Translations under genes and position numbers: made by a program | The notes under the pieces: model-generated | Databases searched by the model: none | What the model saw: only the letters and a program-made list of their open reading frames with translations | Told to the model about the DNA's origin: nothing | NCBI GenBank assembly: GCA_035938015.1 | Contig: DASZHJ010000241.1 | Location: 1-53,980 of the forward strand | Source: Stellaceae bacterium | Lineage (GTDB): Bacteria; Pseudomonadota; Alphaproteobacteria; ATCC43930; CGMCC-115725 | DNA length: 53,980 bases | Direction: 5' to 3' | In this document: piece by piece, positions 1-8,286 of the stretch | Layout: each line of letters starts with the position of its first letter | Position numbering within the stretch: the stretch's first letter is position 1

Positions 1-1260
1 CGCCTGCTTCAGGAGGTCGAGCGCCTTGCGGAGGTTCTCGCGGATGTTGCCGCTGCCATCGCTCTTTGGAGGCTCATAGACCTTGGTGAAGACCTCGTCC
101 GGAATCTTGCCCCGATAGCCCTCGAGGATCTTGAGCTCGCCGGCCTCGGGCAATCCGGTGGCCGCCAGCTCGGAGTTGCCGAAGTAGCTGTTCGAGCGCT
201 CGTAAAGACCATAGAAGAACGTCTTGTTGGTCCATTCGAAGTCGAGCGCGTAGCCCAAGGCCTCGCGCACCCGGCGGTCGCCGAAGATCGGCCGGCGCGT
301 GTTGTAAGCGAAACCTTGCAACGGGCGAACGCCGCCGCGCGGGGTCACCTCTTTCTTATAGAGGCCGGCGCGGAACGCCGGGCTGTCGTAGCCCTCCGTC
401 CAGTCGCGCGCGGTATATTCAAGGCGCCGGTCGTAGTCGCCGGCCTTGAAGCCCTCGAGGGAGGCACTGCGATCGCGGTAGTAGATGTATTTGATCACAT
501 CGAAATTGTGCCGGCCGCGGTTGACCGGCAGGTCCTTGCCCCAATAGTTCTCCACGCGGCGGTACGTCACGGTGCGTCCCGGCTCGTAGCCGTCGACCAC
601 GTAAGGGCCGCTGCCCAGCGGCGCCTCGAGCGAGGCGCGCTCGAACTCATGCGTGGCGAAATAGGCCTTCGAGAGCACCGGCATCTCGCCGAGGATCTGC
701 GCGAGCTCGCGGTTCTCGCCGTTCTTGAAGCTGAATTTCACGCTGTGGTCGTCGGTCGTCTCGGCCTTGACCACGTCGCCGTAATAGACGCGAAAGAGCG
801 GCCGGCCCTTCTCGCGCAACGTATTGAAAGTCCAGAGCACGTCGTCCGCGGTGATGGGCGTCCCGTCGTTGAAGCGCGCCTGCGGCCGCAGATGATAGAT
901 CACCCATGTACGGTCCTTCGGCATCTCCATGGACTCCGCGATGAGACCGTAGGCCGTTTCGGGCTCATCCTCCGCGCGTACGGTGAGGCTATCGAACAGC
1001 AAGCCCGCGCCCGCTGCGGGCACGCCCTTGAGCACGAAGGGATTGAACGTGTCGAAGCTGGTGCCGACCGTGAAATCGCGGACCGTGCCGCCCTTGGGCG
1101 CGTCGGGGTTCACGTAATCAAAATGCGCGAAGTCCGGCCCGTACTTGATGTCGCCATAGAGCGAGAGCGCGTGCGATTTCGTGACTTCGTCCTGGGCGAT
1201 CGCGGAGCCGAGCGGGACGGAGGCAAGAAGGGTGGCGAGCACGATGGCCGTGGCGCGCAT
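1..1260 (-). CDS. ABC transporter substrate-binding protein, solute-binding family 5 (peptide-type, YejA/OppA-like); partial, C-terminus lies beyond the left window edge
   Basis: Absent from the ORF track because it is open at the edge. My translation of the minus strand from ATG 1260..1258 gives MRATAIVLATLLASVPLGSAIAQDEVTKSHALSLYGDIKYGPDFAHFDYVNPDAPKGGTV... This is a signal peptide followed by the conserved N-terminus of family-5 binding proteins. The frame stays open to base 1. The 316..1281 + ORF is its antisense shadow. Confidence 0.8.
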   Translation of the reverse strand, partial: MRATAIVLATLLASVPLGSAIAQDEVTKSHALSLYGDIKYGPDFAHFDYVNPDAPKGGTVRDFTVGTSFDTFNPFVLKGVPAAGAGLLFDSLTVRAEDEPETAYGLIAESMEMPKDRTWVIYHLRPQARFNDGTPITADDVLWTFNTLREKGRPLFRVYYGDVVKAETTDDHSVKFSFKNGENRELAQILGEMPVLSKAYFATHEFERASLEAPLGSGPYVVDGYEPGRTVTYRRVENYWGKDLPVNRGRHNFDVIKYIYYRDRSASLEGFKAGDYDRRLEYTARDWTEGYDSPAFRAGLYKKEVTPRGGVRPLQGFAYNTRRPIFGDRRVREALGYALDFEWTNKTFFYGLYERSNSYFGNSELAATGLPEAGELKILEGYRGKIPDEVFTKVYEPPKSDGSGNIRENLRKALDLLKQA

Positions 1261-1332
1261 GGTCGGGGTCCCTGCAGCTGACGCCGTCACTTTAGTGGAA
1301 ATCGCCATCGGGGGGCATCCTGCCGCCCGTTA

Positions 1333-2118
1333 TCACGCTCTGCCCGCAAGAAGGCCACGGACGGCAGGTGAAAGCCGCGGATCCCCACAAGCGAGGACGC
1401 GACCGTCGGAGGCGAGGTTGAGCGGATTGCCCCGCCAATCCGTCATGCTGCCGCCGGCGCCGGCGATCACCGGCACCAGCGCGGCATAGTCGTAGGGCTT
1501 GAGGCTCGCTTCTACCACGAGGTCCACGAAACCGGCCGCGAGCAGGCCATAGGCGTAGCAGTCGCCGCCGAAACGCGCGAGTTTGACCGCGCTCTTGAGG
1601 CGCTGAAATGCGTCGGCGTCGGCGCCCTTGAACATGTCGGGCGTGGTGGCGAAGAGGGTCGCGGAGGCGAGCGACGCGCAGCTGCGGGTCGAGATCCCCG
1701 CGCCGTTGAGCGTGCTCTTGCGTCCGCGTGCGCCAATCCAGCGTTCCCGCGAGATCGGTTGGTCGATCACGCCCAGTACCGGAATGCCATGCTCGACGAG
1801 CGCGATCAGCGTGCCGAACAGCGGCACGCCGCTGATGAAGGACTTGGTGCCGTCGATGGGATCGAGCACCCAGACCCGATCGGCGTCCACACGCACCGAC
1901 CCATGCTCCTCGCCGAGGATGCCGTGATCGGGGAACCGCCTCTCGATCAACGCGCGCAACGCCGCTTCCGCCTCGCGGTCGGCAATGGTGACCGGGCTCA
2001 TATCAGGCTTGTCGTCGACCGCAACGCCCCTGCGGAAATACCGGCGGACGATCTCGCCCGCAGCGTCCGCGAGTTCGCTGGCGAAGGTGACGACCGCGGG
2101 GTCGACAGGGGCCGTCAT
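1333..2118 (-). CDS. hisN: Inositol-monophosphatase-family phosphatase, probably histidinol-phosphatase
   Basis: 261-aa ORF with IMPase motifs ILGEEHG, WVLDPIDGTKSF and GGDCYAYGLLAAG. Size and sequence resemble the alphaproteobacterial HisN branch. HisN versus generic IMPase is inference. Confidence 0.7.
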   Translation of the reverse strand: MTAPVDPAVVTFASELADAAGEIVRRYFRRGVAVDDKPDMSPVTIADREAEAALRALIERRFPDHGILGEEHGSVRVDADRVWVLDPIDGTKSFISGVPLFGTLIALVEHGIPVLGVIDQPISRERWIGARGRKSTLNGAGISTRSCASLASATLFATTPDMFKGADADAFQRLKSAVKLARFGGDCYAYGLLAAGFVDLVVEASLKPYDYAALVPVIAGAGGSMTDWRGNPLNLASDGRVLACGDPRLSPAVRGLLAGRA

Positions 2119-2134
2119 GCCGCGCGGGGCCCCG

Positions 2135-2686
2135 TCACTGGCTTGCGAGCGGCTTCGGAGAATCCGAGAGAGAGTTGAGATAAGCGATCATGTCGGCGCG
2201 GTCCTTCGCCTTGGGCAGCCCCACGAAGGTCATCTTGGTGCCCTTGACGAACGCCTGTGGCTTCCAGAGCCACTCGTTGAGCGCATCGACGGTCCAGGTG
2301 CCGCCCTTCTTCTTGAGCGCGTCGGAGAAGGCGAAGTTGCCACGGTCCTGAGCGATTTGGTCGTCGATGACACCCCAGAGATTGGGGCCCACCCGGTTGG
2401 AGCCTCCCTTCTCGAAGGTGTGGCAGGCCGCGCATTTCTTCGCGACATCCTTGCCCGCGTCGACATTGGCGGAGGCGAGCAGCGGCTGAAGCGGCTCCGG
2501 TCCCGCCGCCTGCTCGCCGCCCGCGGGCTGCGCCGGTTGCTGACTGGGCGCGGTCGCGACGGCGACGGCGTTTTTTGCCGGCGCCTTCGGCTCGATCAGC
2601 TTGTTCGCAAGCAACCCGGAGACCCACGCTATGATCAGCGCCAGCAACACCGAGGCCACGATTTTATTGATCTCGAACGACGACAT
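2135..2686 (-). CDS. cycM: Membrane-anchored c-type cytochrome (CycM-like)
   Basis: Internal ATG at 2686 preceded by GAAGGGA. One N-terminal TM helix (IVASVLLALIIAWVSGLLANKL), an Ala/Pro linker, the heme motif CAACH and a distal Met in TKMTFVGL. Confidence 0.78.
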   Translation of the reverse strand: MSSFEINKIVASVLLALIIAWVSGLLANKLIEPKAPAKNAVAVATAPSQQPAQPAGGEQAAGPEPLQPLLASANVDAGKDVAKKCAACHTFEKGGSNRVGPNLWGVIDDQIAQDRGNFAFSDALKKKGGTWTVDALNEWLWKPQAFVKGTKMTFVGLPKAKDRADMIAYLNSLSDSPKPLASQ

Positions 2687-2916
2687 TCCGCGTCCCTTCG
2701 GGGATGAGCTCGGGCGGTGCGGGAGCCGCCCCACGCCGGTCCCGTGCCGCAAGGAAGAAACCGAATTTTCGCTGACAACTCAAACGAAATGTGATTGATG
2801 CGGCCTCGGAGGCGAGCGCTTGGCCAGTCCGAATGACCCCGATTCCCGTGCGGCATAACGCCGCAATCGTGGGAGCGGAGCCGGGCAGCGCCGCGCGTCA
2901 CGTTGCGAGTTCAGGA

Positions 2917-3681
2917 ATGCCCGGCACCATGGTCCAGAAGCCCCGCAATCCCATCGTGCTGATCCCGTCGCGGCTCGCCTCGACACGGCTGCCGAACAAG
3001 CCGCTCGCGGACATTCACGGCGAGCCCATGATCGCCCATGTCTGGCGCCGCGGCATCGAGTCCGGCGCTGGACCGGTGGTGGTTGCCTGCGGCGACGCCG
3101 AGATCGCGACGGCCGTCGAGCGCGCGGGCGGACGAGCCGTGCTAACCGATCCCGCGCTGCCCTCAGGCTCCGATCGCATTGCGGCGGCGTTACGTCAGGT
3201 CGATCCCGAGCGCCACCACGACGCGGTCGTCTGCCTGCAGGGCGATCTGCCGACGCTGGCACCCGAGGCGATCCGAACGGCGCTAGAGCCCCTGGACGAT
3301 CCCGCGGTCGACATCGGGACGCTCGCGACCGAGATCCGCGACGAGGACGAGCGTCAGGCGCCGAGCGTGGTGAAGATCGCCATCGCCTTCACACCCGGCC
3401 GGCGTATCGCGCGCGCGCTCTATTTCAGCCGCACCGTCATGCCCTGGGGCGAGGGGCCGCACTACCATCACATCGGGCTCTACACCTACCGCCGCGAGGC
3501 GCTTGAGCGCTACGTGGACCTGCCGCAAGGCGCGCTCGAGCGGCGGGAGAGCCTCGAGCAGCTGCGCGCGCTCGAGGCCGGAATGCGGATCGACGTGGCG
3601 CTCGTTGACACGCTTCCGCTCGGTATCGATACTCCGGCCGATCTCGCCCGCGCGCGCGAGATCTTGGCGCCCCGCCATTAG
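2917..3681 (+). CDS. kdsB: 3-deoxy-manno-octulosonate cytidylyltransferase (CMP-KDO synthetase)
   Basis: PIVLIPSRLASTRLPNKPLADIHGEPMI is the classic KdsB N-terminus. The start is ambiguous between ATG 2917 and ATG 2929. The longer track ORF from 2791 has a non-homologous extension. Confidence 0.9.
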   Translation: MPGTMVQKPRNPIVLIPSRLASTRLPNKPLADIHGEPMIAHVWRRGIESGAGPVVVACGDAEIATAVERAGGRAVLTDPALPSGSDRIAAALRQVDPERHHDAVVCLQGDLPTLAPEAIRTALEPLDDPAVDIGTLATEIRDEDERQAPSVVKIAIAFTPGRRIARALYFSRTVMPWGEGPHYHHIGLYTYRREALERYVDLPQGALERRESLEQLRALEAGMRIDVALVDTLPLGIDTPADLARAREILAPRH

Positions 3682-3709
3682 CCCCATCCCTCGCCGCTCT
3701 CGACAAGCC

Positions 3710-4579
3710 ATGCGACGCTCGCCCGCCAACACCATTGCGTTCCAGGGTCAGCCCGGCGCCTACTCGGACCTCGCATGCCGGGAGGTGTATCCCCGCCTGG
3801 CGACGCTGCCCTGCCACAGCTTCGAAGACGCGATCGCCGCCGTGCGCGAGGCGCGGGCGCGCTTGGCGATGCTGCCGGTGGAGAATTCGGTCGCAGGCCG
3901 CGTCGCCGATATCCATCATCTGCTGCCGGAGTCCGGCCTCAACATCATCGGCGAGCATTTCCAGCGCGTGAACCATCAGCTGCTGGCGCCGAAGGGGGCG
4001 ACGCTCAAGACCATCAAGACGGTGCGCAGCCACGTGCACGCGCTCAACCAATGCCGGCATATGATCCGCGCGCTTCGGCTGAAGCCGATCGTGGTCGCGG
4101 ACACCGCGGGAGCCGCGGCGGAGGTCGCGGGGCGGGGCGACCGCAGCGAGGCCGCCATCGCCTCGGAGCTCGCGGGTGAAATCCATGGTCTCGTCACACT
4201 CAAGAAGGACATCGAGGACGCCAGCCACAACACCACGCGTTTCCTGGTCATGTCGAAGGCGCCGCGGGTCGCGGCGAACGACGGCGGCATCGTCATCACG
4301 ACATTCATGTTCCGGGTGCGCAACGTGCCGGCCGCGCTCTACAAGGCCATGGGCGGCTTTGCGACCAACGGCGTCAACATGACGAAGCTTGAAAGCTACA
4401 TGCTGGGTGGTCGGTTTACTGCGACGCAGTTCTATGCCGATATCGAGGGCCATCCGAAGGATCGGCCGGTGAAGCTCGCGCTCGACGAGCTGCGCTTCTT
4501 CACGCGCGAGATGAAGATCCTCGGCATCTACCCCGCGCACTCCTACCGCTTGGCGGTGAACCAGGCGGAGGTGGACTGA
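3710..4579 (+). CDS. pheA: Prephenate dehydratase
   Basis: ATG at 3710 gives MRRSPANTIAFQGQPGAYSD... (PDT domain), the TRF motif in HNTTRFLV and an ACT domain (GVNMTKLESY). Monofunctional PheA layout. Upstream track residues are out-of-gene read-through. Confidence 0.9.
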   Translation: MRRSPANTIAFQGQPGAYSDLACREVYPRLATLPCHSFEDAIAAVREARARLAMLPVENSVAGRVADIHHLLPESGLNIIGEHFQRVNHQLLAPKGATLKTIKTVRSHVHALNQCRHMIRALRLKPIVVADTAGAAAEVAGRGDRSEAAIASELAGEIHGLVTLKKDIEDASHNTTRFLVMSKAPRVAANDGGIVITTFMFRVRNVPAALYKAMGGFATNGVNMTKLESYMLGGRFTATQFYADIEGHPKDRPVKLALDELRFFTREMKILGIYPAHSYRLAVNQAEVD

Positions 4580-4583
4580 CGCC

Positions 4584-5276
4584 CTAGACGGAAACGCCGA
4601 GCTCCTGCCTGAGGTGACGCTGGCCCAGCGGCGTCACGGCCACCGCGCGATCGTCGCGGCGGCGACGGATCCAGCCGGCATTGAGGAAGCGATCGACGAT
4701 GGCTGCGCCCAGCGCGCCCGCGAGATGCGGCCGGCGCTCGGTCCAGTCGATGCAAGTGCGCACCATCGGCCGGCGCGAGGCCTCAAGGGTCGCAAGCTCG
4801 ATGCCCCAGGAGTTCAGGAGCGCCTCCCCCGATCCGCGCCGCACCAGTGCAAGCCCGTCGTCCGTGCGCCGCAGCACGCGGCGATCCACCAGTCCCTCGG
4901 CGACGGCGACGCCGAGCCGGCCCGCCAGGTGGTCGTAGCAGGTGCGGCCGCGGCGCAAGGGCGCGTCCTCGGGCATCACGCGGCGCGGCGATGGGAAGAC
5001 CTGGATCGCAAGATCGCTCAGCGTCTCGACGGCGTGTGCCACCGCCGGGCCCGCCAACCGGTAGTAGCGGTGCCGGCCCTGCTTGGCGACCGTCAGCAGC
5101 CCGCCGTCAGCGAGCTGGGCCAAGTGGCCGCTTGCGGTCGGCAATGCAACCCCCGCGCGGAAAGCCAGCTCGCCCGCGGTGAGCGCTTCGCCGCTCATGA
5201 GCGCCATCAGCATCGAGGCGCGTGACGGGTCGCCCATCAGGGCACCTACGCGCGCGATATCGAGTGTCTCGGACAT
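4584..5276 (-). CDS. ArsR/SmtB-family winged-helix transcriptional regulator with long C-terminal extension
   Basis: The N-terminal HTH is LTAGELAFRAGVALPTASGHLAQLADGGLL...GRHRYYRL. The C-terminal half carries a duplicated C-x-D-(H/W)...HLAG motif (TCYDHLAGRLG and TCIDWTERRPHLAGALG). Confidence 0.75.
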   Translation of the reverse strand: MSETLDIARVGALMGDPSRASMLMALMSGEALTAGELAFRAGVALPTASGHLAQLADGGLLTVAKQGRHRYYRLAGPAVAHAVETLSDLAIQVFPSPRRVMPEDAPLRRGRTCYDHLAGRLGVAVAEGLVDRRVLRRTDDGLALVRRGSGEALLNSWGIELATLEASRRPMVRTCIDWTERRPHLAGALGAAIVDRFLNAGWIRRRRDDRAVAVTPLGQRHLRQELGVSV

Positions 5277-5391
5277 CCAAAGAATCCTAATACCGCTGAT
5301 ACGGACATGGTTCGGTCTTAGCCGAAGTGAAAGCCCCTGAAAAGCGGTGCGCCATTAGCGCCAACGGCGGGAACATGATACCACTGCGCGC

Positions 5392-5739
5392 ATGGCACGC
5401 ACCGAGCTCGACCCCACCTTCGTCACCACCGCCTTCGAGTTGCCGGGCTACCGCATCACGCGCAACCTCGGCGTGGTGCGCGGCATCGTCGTGCGCTCAC
5501 GCTCGGTGATCGGTAGCATCGGCGCCGGGCTGCAGACGCTTTTCGGCGGTAACATCACGCTTTACACGGGGCTCTGCGAGCGCACGCGGATCGATGCCTT
5601 CAACCTGATGCTCGAGCACGCCGCCGAACTCGGGGGGAACGCCGTCATCGGCGCGCGCTACGACGCCACCGAGATCATGTCCGGCGTGGCGGAGGTGCTC
5701 GCCTACGGCACCGCCGTGGTGGTCGAACCCCTCCGCTGA
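5392..5739 (+). CDS. YbjQ/UPF0145 family protein (putative heavy-metal-binding domain)
   Basis: 115 aa. The whole length looks like the YbjQ family (...[12 protein letters not shown]...FGG...[11 protein letters not shown]...). Confidence 0.85.
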   Translation: MARTELDPTFVTTAFELPGYRITRNLGVVRGIVVRSRSVIGSIGAGLQTLFGGNITLYTGLCERTRIDAFNLMLEHAAELGGNAVIGARYDATEIMSGVAEVLAYGTAVVVEPLR

Positions 5740-5756
5740 TCGCCACGCCCTCTCGA

Positions 5757-6392
5757 TCAGGCGGCGCTGCGGCGCGCCTGCTCGGCCTTGTAGAGGGCGA
5801 TCTCCTCCGACACCGCCTTGGCGACGCTCGGACGCTCGAGCATCCGATGGTAATAGGCGTGCACCGCCGGCCACTCGGCGAGGTCGAGGCCGCTATATCG
5901 GCCCCAGTTGAGCACTGTCACGAGATAAGCGTCCACGATCGTGAAGCGGTCGAGCACGAACGCCCGGCCCTCGAGATGCCCGGCGAGATAGCTGAGGCGC
6001 TGCGGCGCCTTCTCGCGGGCGTAGGCCTTGGCGCCCTCTGAGCTCTTGGGATCGAGCAGCGGCACGAACACAGCCTTGTGCAGTTCGGAGGTCGTGAAAT
6101 TGAGCCACTGTTGCAGCCGGTAGCGCTCCATACCGCCTTGCGGCGCCAGGCCCGAGCCGGGGAGGCGGTCGGCGACGTACTGCAGCACCACCGGATTTTC
6201 CGTCAGCAGCTCGCCCGTGTCGGTGCGCAGCACTGGGACCTGGCCCATACCATTGACGGCGAGAAAGTCCGAGCCGTCTTCGGCGCGCTTGGCCTTGAGA
6301 TCGACCTGGATGAAGCCGGCTTGGGCGCCGACCTCGTAGAGCGCGATGCGCGTCGCCATCGAGCAGGCGAGTGGGGAGAAGTAGAGATCCAT
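5757..6392 (-). CDS. Glutathione S-transferase (beta-class, GstA-like)
   Basis: MDLYFSPLACSMATRIALYE..GQVPVL.. resembles the E. coli GstA N-terminus. 211 aa, with a typical GST C-terminal helical domain. Confidence 0.85.
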   Translation of the reverse strand: MDLYFSPLACSMATRIALYEVGAQAGFIQVDLKAKRAEDGSDFLAVNGMGQVPVLRTDTGELLTENPVVLQYVADRLPGSGLAPQGGMERYRLQQWLNFTTSELHKAVFVPLLDPKSSEGAKAYAREKAPQRLSYLAGHLEGRAFVLDRFTIVDAYLVTVLNWGRYSGLDLAEWPAVHAYYHRMLERPSVAKAVSEEIALYKAEQARRSAA

Positions 6393-6416
6393 GGCGCGTC
6401 TCCGTAACGCTATTGA

Positions 6417-6480
6417 TTTTTGTACCGTATCGCAGGAAAATAACGGCGGTCAAGGGATTGTTTACTGAATGGTACAAAAA
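6417..6480. promoter_or_regulatory. 10-bp perfect inverted repeat TTTTTGTACC ... GGTACAAAAA in the GST/TetR divergent region (candidate TetR operator or leader stem)
   Basis: Left arm 6417..6426, right arm 6471..6480. The right arm begins at the third base of the TetR start codon (6469..6471). This is the only AT-rich patch in the intergenic region. Confidence 0.3.
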
Positions 6481-7116
6481 GAGAGAGCCCGTCGCGGCCG
6501 ACCCCGCGCCTATGACCCCGAGCGGGCGCTGGCGCAGGCGACCGCCGCATTTTGGGATGCGGGCTATTCCGCGACTTCGCTGGACGATTTGAGCGCGGCG
6601 ACAGGCATGAACCGTCCAAGCCTTTATGGCGCCTTCGGCGATAAGCGGGCGCTCTATCTCGCGGCGATCGAGGGATACCGCGCGATGGCGCGCGCGGCCA
6701 TGCGGCAGGCGCTTCCCTATGACTGTCCGCTGCGCGACGCATTGACCCGGCTCTACGGCCGCGCCGTCTCGCTTTACCTCTCGGGCGAGCATGGCGCGCG
6801 CGGCTGCTTGCTGACCGGCACGGCTGCGAGCGAAGCCGTGATGAACCCCGAAATCCGCCGTTCCGTGCGCGCGGCTCTCGAGGAGATCGACGACGCCGTC
6901 GAGGCGCGCCTGCGGTTCGCGCGCGAGCGCGGCGACCTCTTGAGCTCAGCCGATTCCGCTACGCTGGCGAAGCTCGCCTCGGCGGTTCTCCATACCCTCT
7001 CGATTCGCGCGCGCACGGGAGCGCCGCGCTCCGCGCTCGAGGACATCGCTGCGGGCGGTGTCGAGCTCATCTGTGGATCGGCAAAGCCGGCGCGCCGGAA
7101 ATCGCGGAGGCGCTAG
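6469..7116 (+). CDS. TetR/AcrR-family transcriptional regulator
   Basis: N-terminal TetR HTH GYSATSLDDLSAATGMNRPSLYGAFGDK. Divergent from the GST gene. Confidence 0.85.
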   Translation: MVQKERARRGRPRAYDPERALAQATAAFWDAGYSATSLDDLSAATGMNRPSLYGAFGDKRALYLAAIEGYRAMARAAMRQALPYDCPLRDALTRLYGRAVSLYLSGEHGARGCLLTGTAASEAVMNPEIRRSVRAALEEIDDAVEARLRFARERGDLLSSADSATLAKLASAVLHTLSIRARTGAPRSALEDIAAGGVELICGSAKPARRKSRRR

Positions 7117-7125
7117 AGGCAGCGT

Positions 7126-8034
7126 CTACCGCTGCAGCCAGTCCTCGATGAGGCGCCGGGCGATCGAGTCGCGCCGCGGCAGACGGAAGGTGTCGTCCTC
7201 GACATGGCCGAGGATGAAGCTGCGGTCGAACCAGCGCGCGGCCTCGAGCTCCTCGGGATCGACCTGAAGCTCGGTGGTCAGCGCGCGGGCGGTGAAGCCC
7301 AGCATGATCGAGGCCGGAAACGGCCAGGGCTGCGAGGAGTGATACGCGACCTCGTCGACCATGATCCCGGTCTCCTCGCGGACCTCGCGGGCAACCGCCT
7401 CCTCCAGGCTTTCGCCGGGCTCGACGAAGCCCGCCAGCGTCGAATGCTGGCCCTTGGCCCAGACTGCCTGGCGGCCCAGCAAGGCGCGATCGCCATCGGT
7501 CACCAGCATGATGACGGCGGGATCCGTGCGCGGGAAGTGCGCGGTGCTGCAGTCCGGCGAGACGCAGCGGCGGACATGACCACTCTCCTCGCTGCGCGTC
7601 GGGTTGCCGCAGAGGCCGCAGAAACGGTGTCGACCGTGCCAGTGTAGGATGCCGCGGGCATAGGCAAGCAGCGCGCCATCGGGCCGCGCGAGGAGGGGCC
7701 CTACACGGCGCAAGTCCGTGAACTCGATCGGCCCCGCCGCAGTGATCGCCTCCAGCGGCGCCTCGCGATGGGATAGGTCGAGGGCGAAATAGGCGCGCTC
7801 CTCCCGCAACCCCAGCAAGACGGGCTCACCCTCGAGCGAAACCAGTGCCTCGCGGCTCACCAGCATTGCGGTGGGCGCGCCCTCGGCGAGGCTCGCCACC
7901 AGGTTCTGTCCGCGCCAAACCGGCACGAACAGCGTTTCCGGGTGCGCGAGCTGCTGGGTCAGCCATTCCGGCTGGCGCCGGCGGTGGCCGGCCCGATCGA
8001 GCCCGTTTGCGGCGTAAAAATTCGGCGACTTCAT
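7126..8034 (-). CDS. nudC: NAD(+) diphosphatase (NADH pyrophosphatase)
   Basis: Zinc-ribbon cysteines (FCGLCGNPT...RCVSPDC), Nudix box GFVEPGESLEEAVAREVREETG and the NudC signature SQPWPFP. Confidence 0.85.
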   Translation of the reverse strand: MKSPNFYAANGLDRAGHRRRQPEWLTQQLAHPETLFVPVWRGQNLVASLAEGAPTAMLVSREALVSLEGEPVLLGLREERAYFALDLSHREAPLEAITAAGPIEFTDLRRVGPLLARPDGALLAYARGILHWHGRHRFCGLCGNPTRSEESGHVRRCVSPDCSTAHFPRTDPAVIMLVTDGDRALLGRQAVWAKGQHSTLAGFVEPGESLEEAVAREVREETGIMVDEVAYHSSQPWPFPASIMLGFTARALTTELQVDPEELEAARWFDRSFILGHVEDDTFRLPRRDSIARRLIEDWLQR

Positions 8035-8139
8035 CGCTGCGCGGACACTCGCACGCCGCGCATCGGCAGGGCAAGCAGCAGCTCACGAACGCGCGTCACT
8101 CGGCCTTGCCTCGGAGGGCATCTCGCCTGATATAGTGGC

Positions 8140-8241
8140 GCGGGAGGTTGGCTGCGGACGGGCGTCTCGCCAACCCGGTCAGGTCCGGAAGGAAGCAGCC
8201 GTAACGAGTTTCTGCTCGGGTCGTTTGTCCAGCCTCCCACC
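8140..8241 (+). ncRNA. ffs: Signal recognition particle RNA (small bacterial 4.5S type)
   Basis: Contains the near-invariant domain IV core GGTCAGGTCCGGAAGGAAGCAGCC (8177..8200). It is closed by a long helix, GGGAGGTTGG (8142..) pairing with CCAGCCTCCC (..8238). TATAGT at 8131..8136 is a plausible -10. The position directly upstream of dnaX is typical for alphaproteobacteria. Ends are approximate to within a few nt. Confidence 0.85.
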
Positions 8242-8286
8242 CGCGCGCTCCAGCGAGTGCGAGCGCGTCTCGATGAGCGCTTCTCC

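Noticed and set aside
316-1281. 321-aa + strand ORF at the left edge
   Set aside because: It is the antisense shadow of the family-5 binding-protein gene (1..1260, minus strand). Its Arg/Ala/Gly/Val-rich composition has no motifs. The minus-strand frame gives a clean signal peptide and conserved SBP sequence.
3437-4540. 367-aa minus-strand ORF opposite pheA, representing a class of long ORFs
   Set aside because: Other members of the class include 10972..12270, 14686..16110, 21963..23888, 25324..26433, 25508..26707, 27332..28471, 28715..29953, 33329..34702, 45892..47940, 47664..48752 and 48739..50373. All lie opposite to, or frame-shifted within, genes that carry unmistakable family motifs. 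Their translations are Arg/Pro/Ala/Gly-rich low-complexity strings typical of off-frame reading in GC-rich DNA. I found no evidence for overprinted genes.
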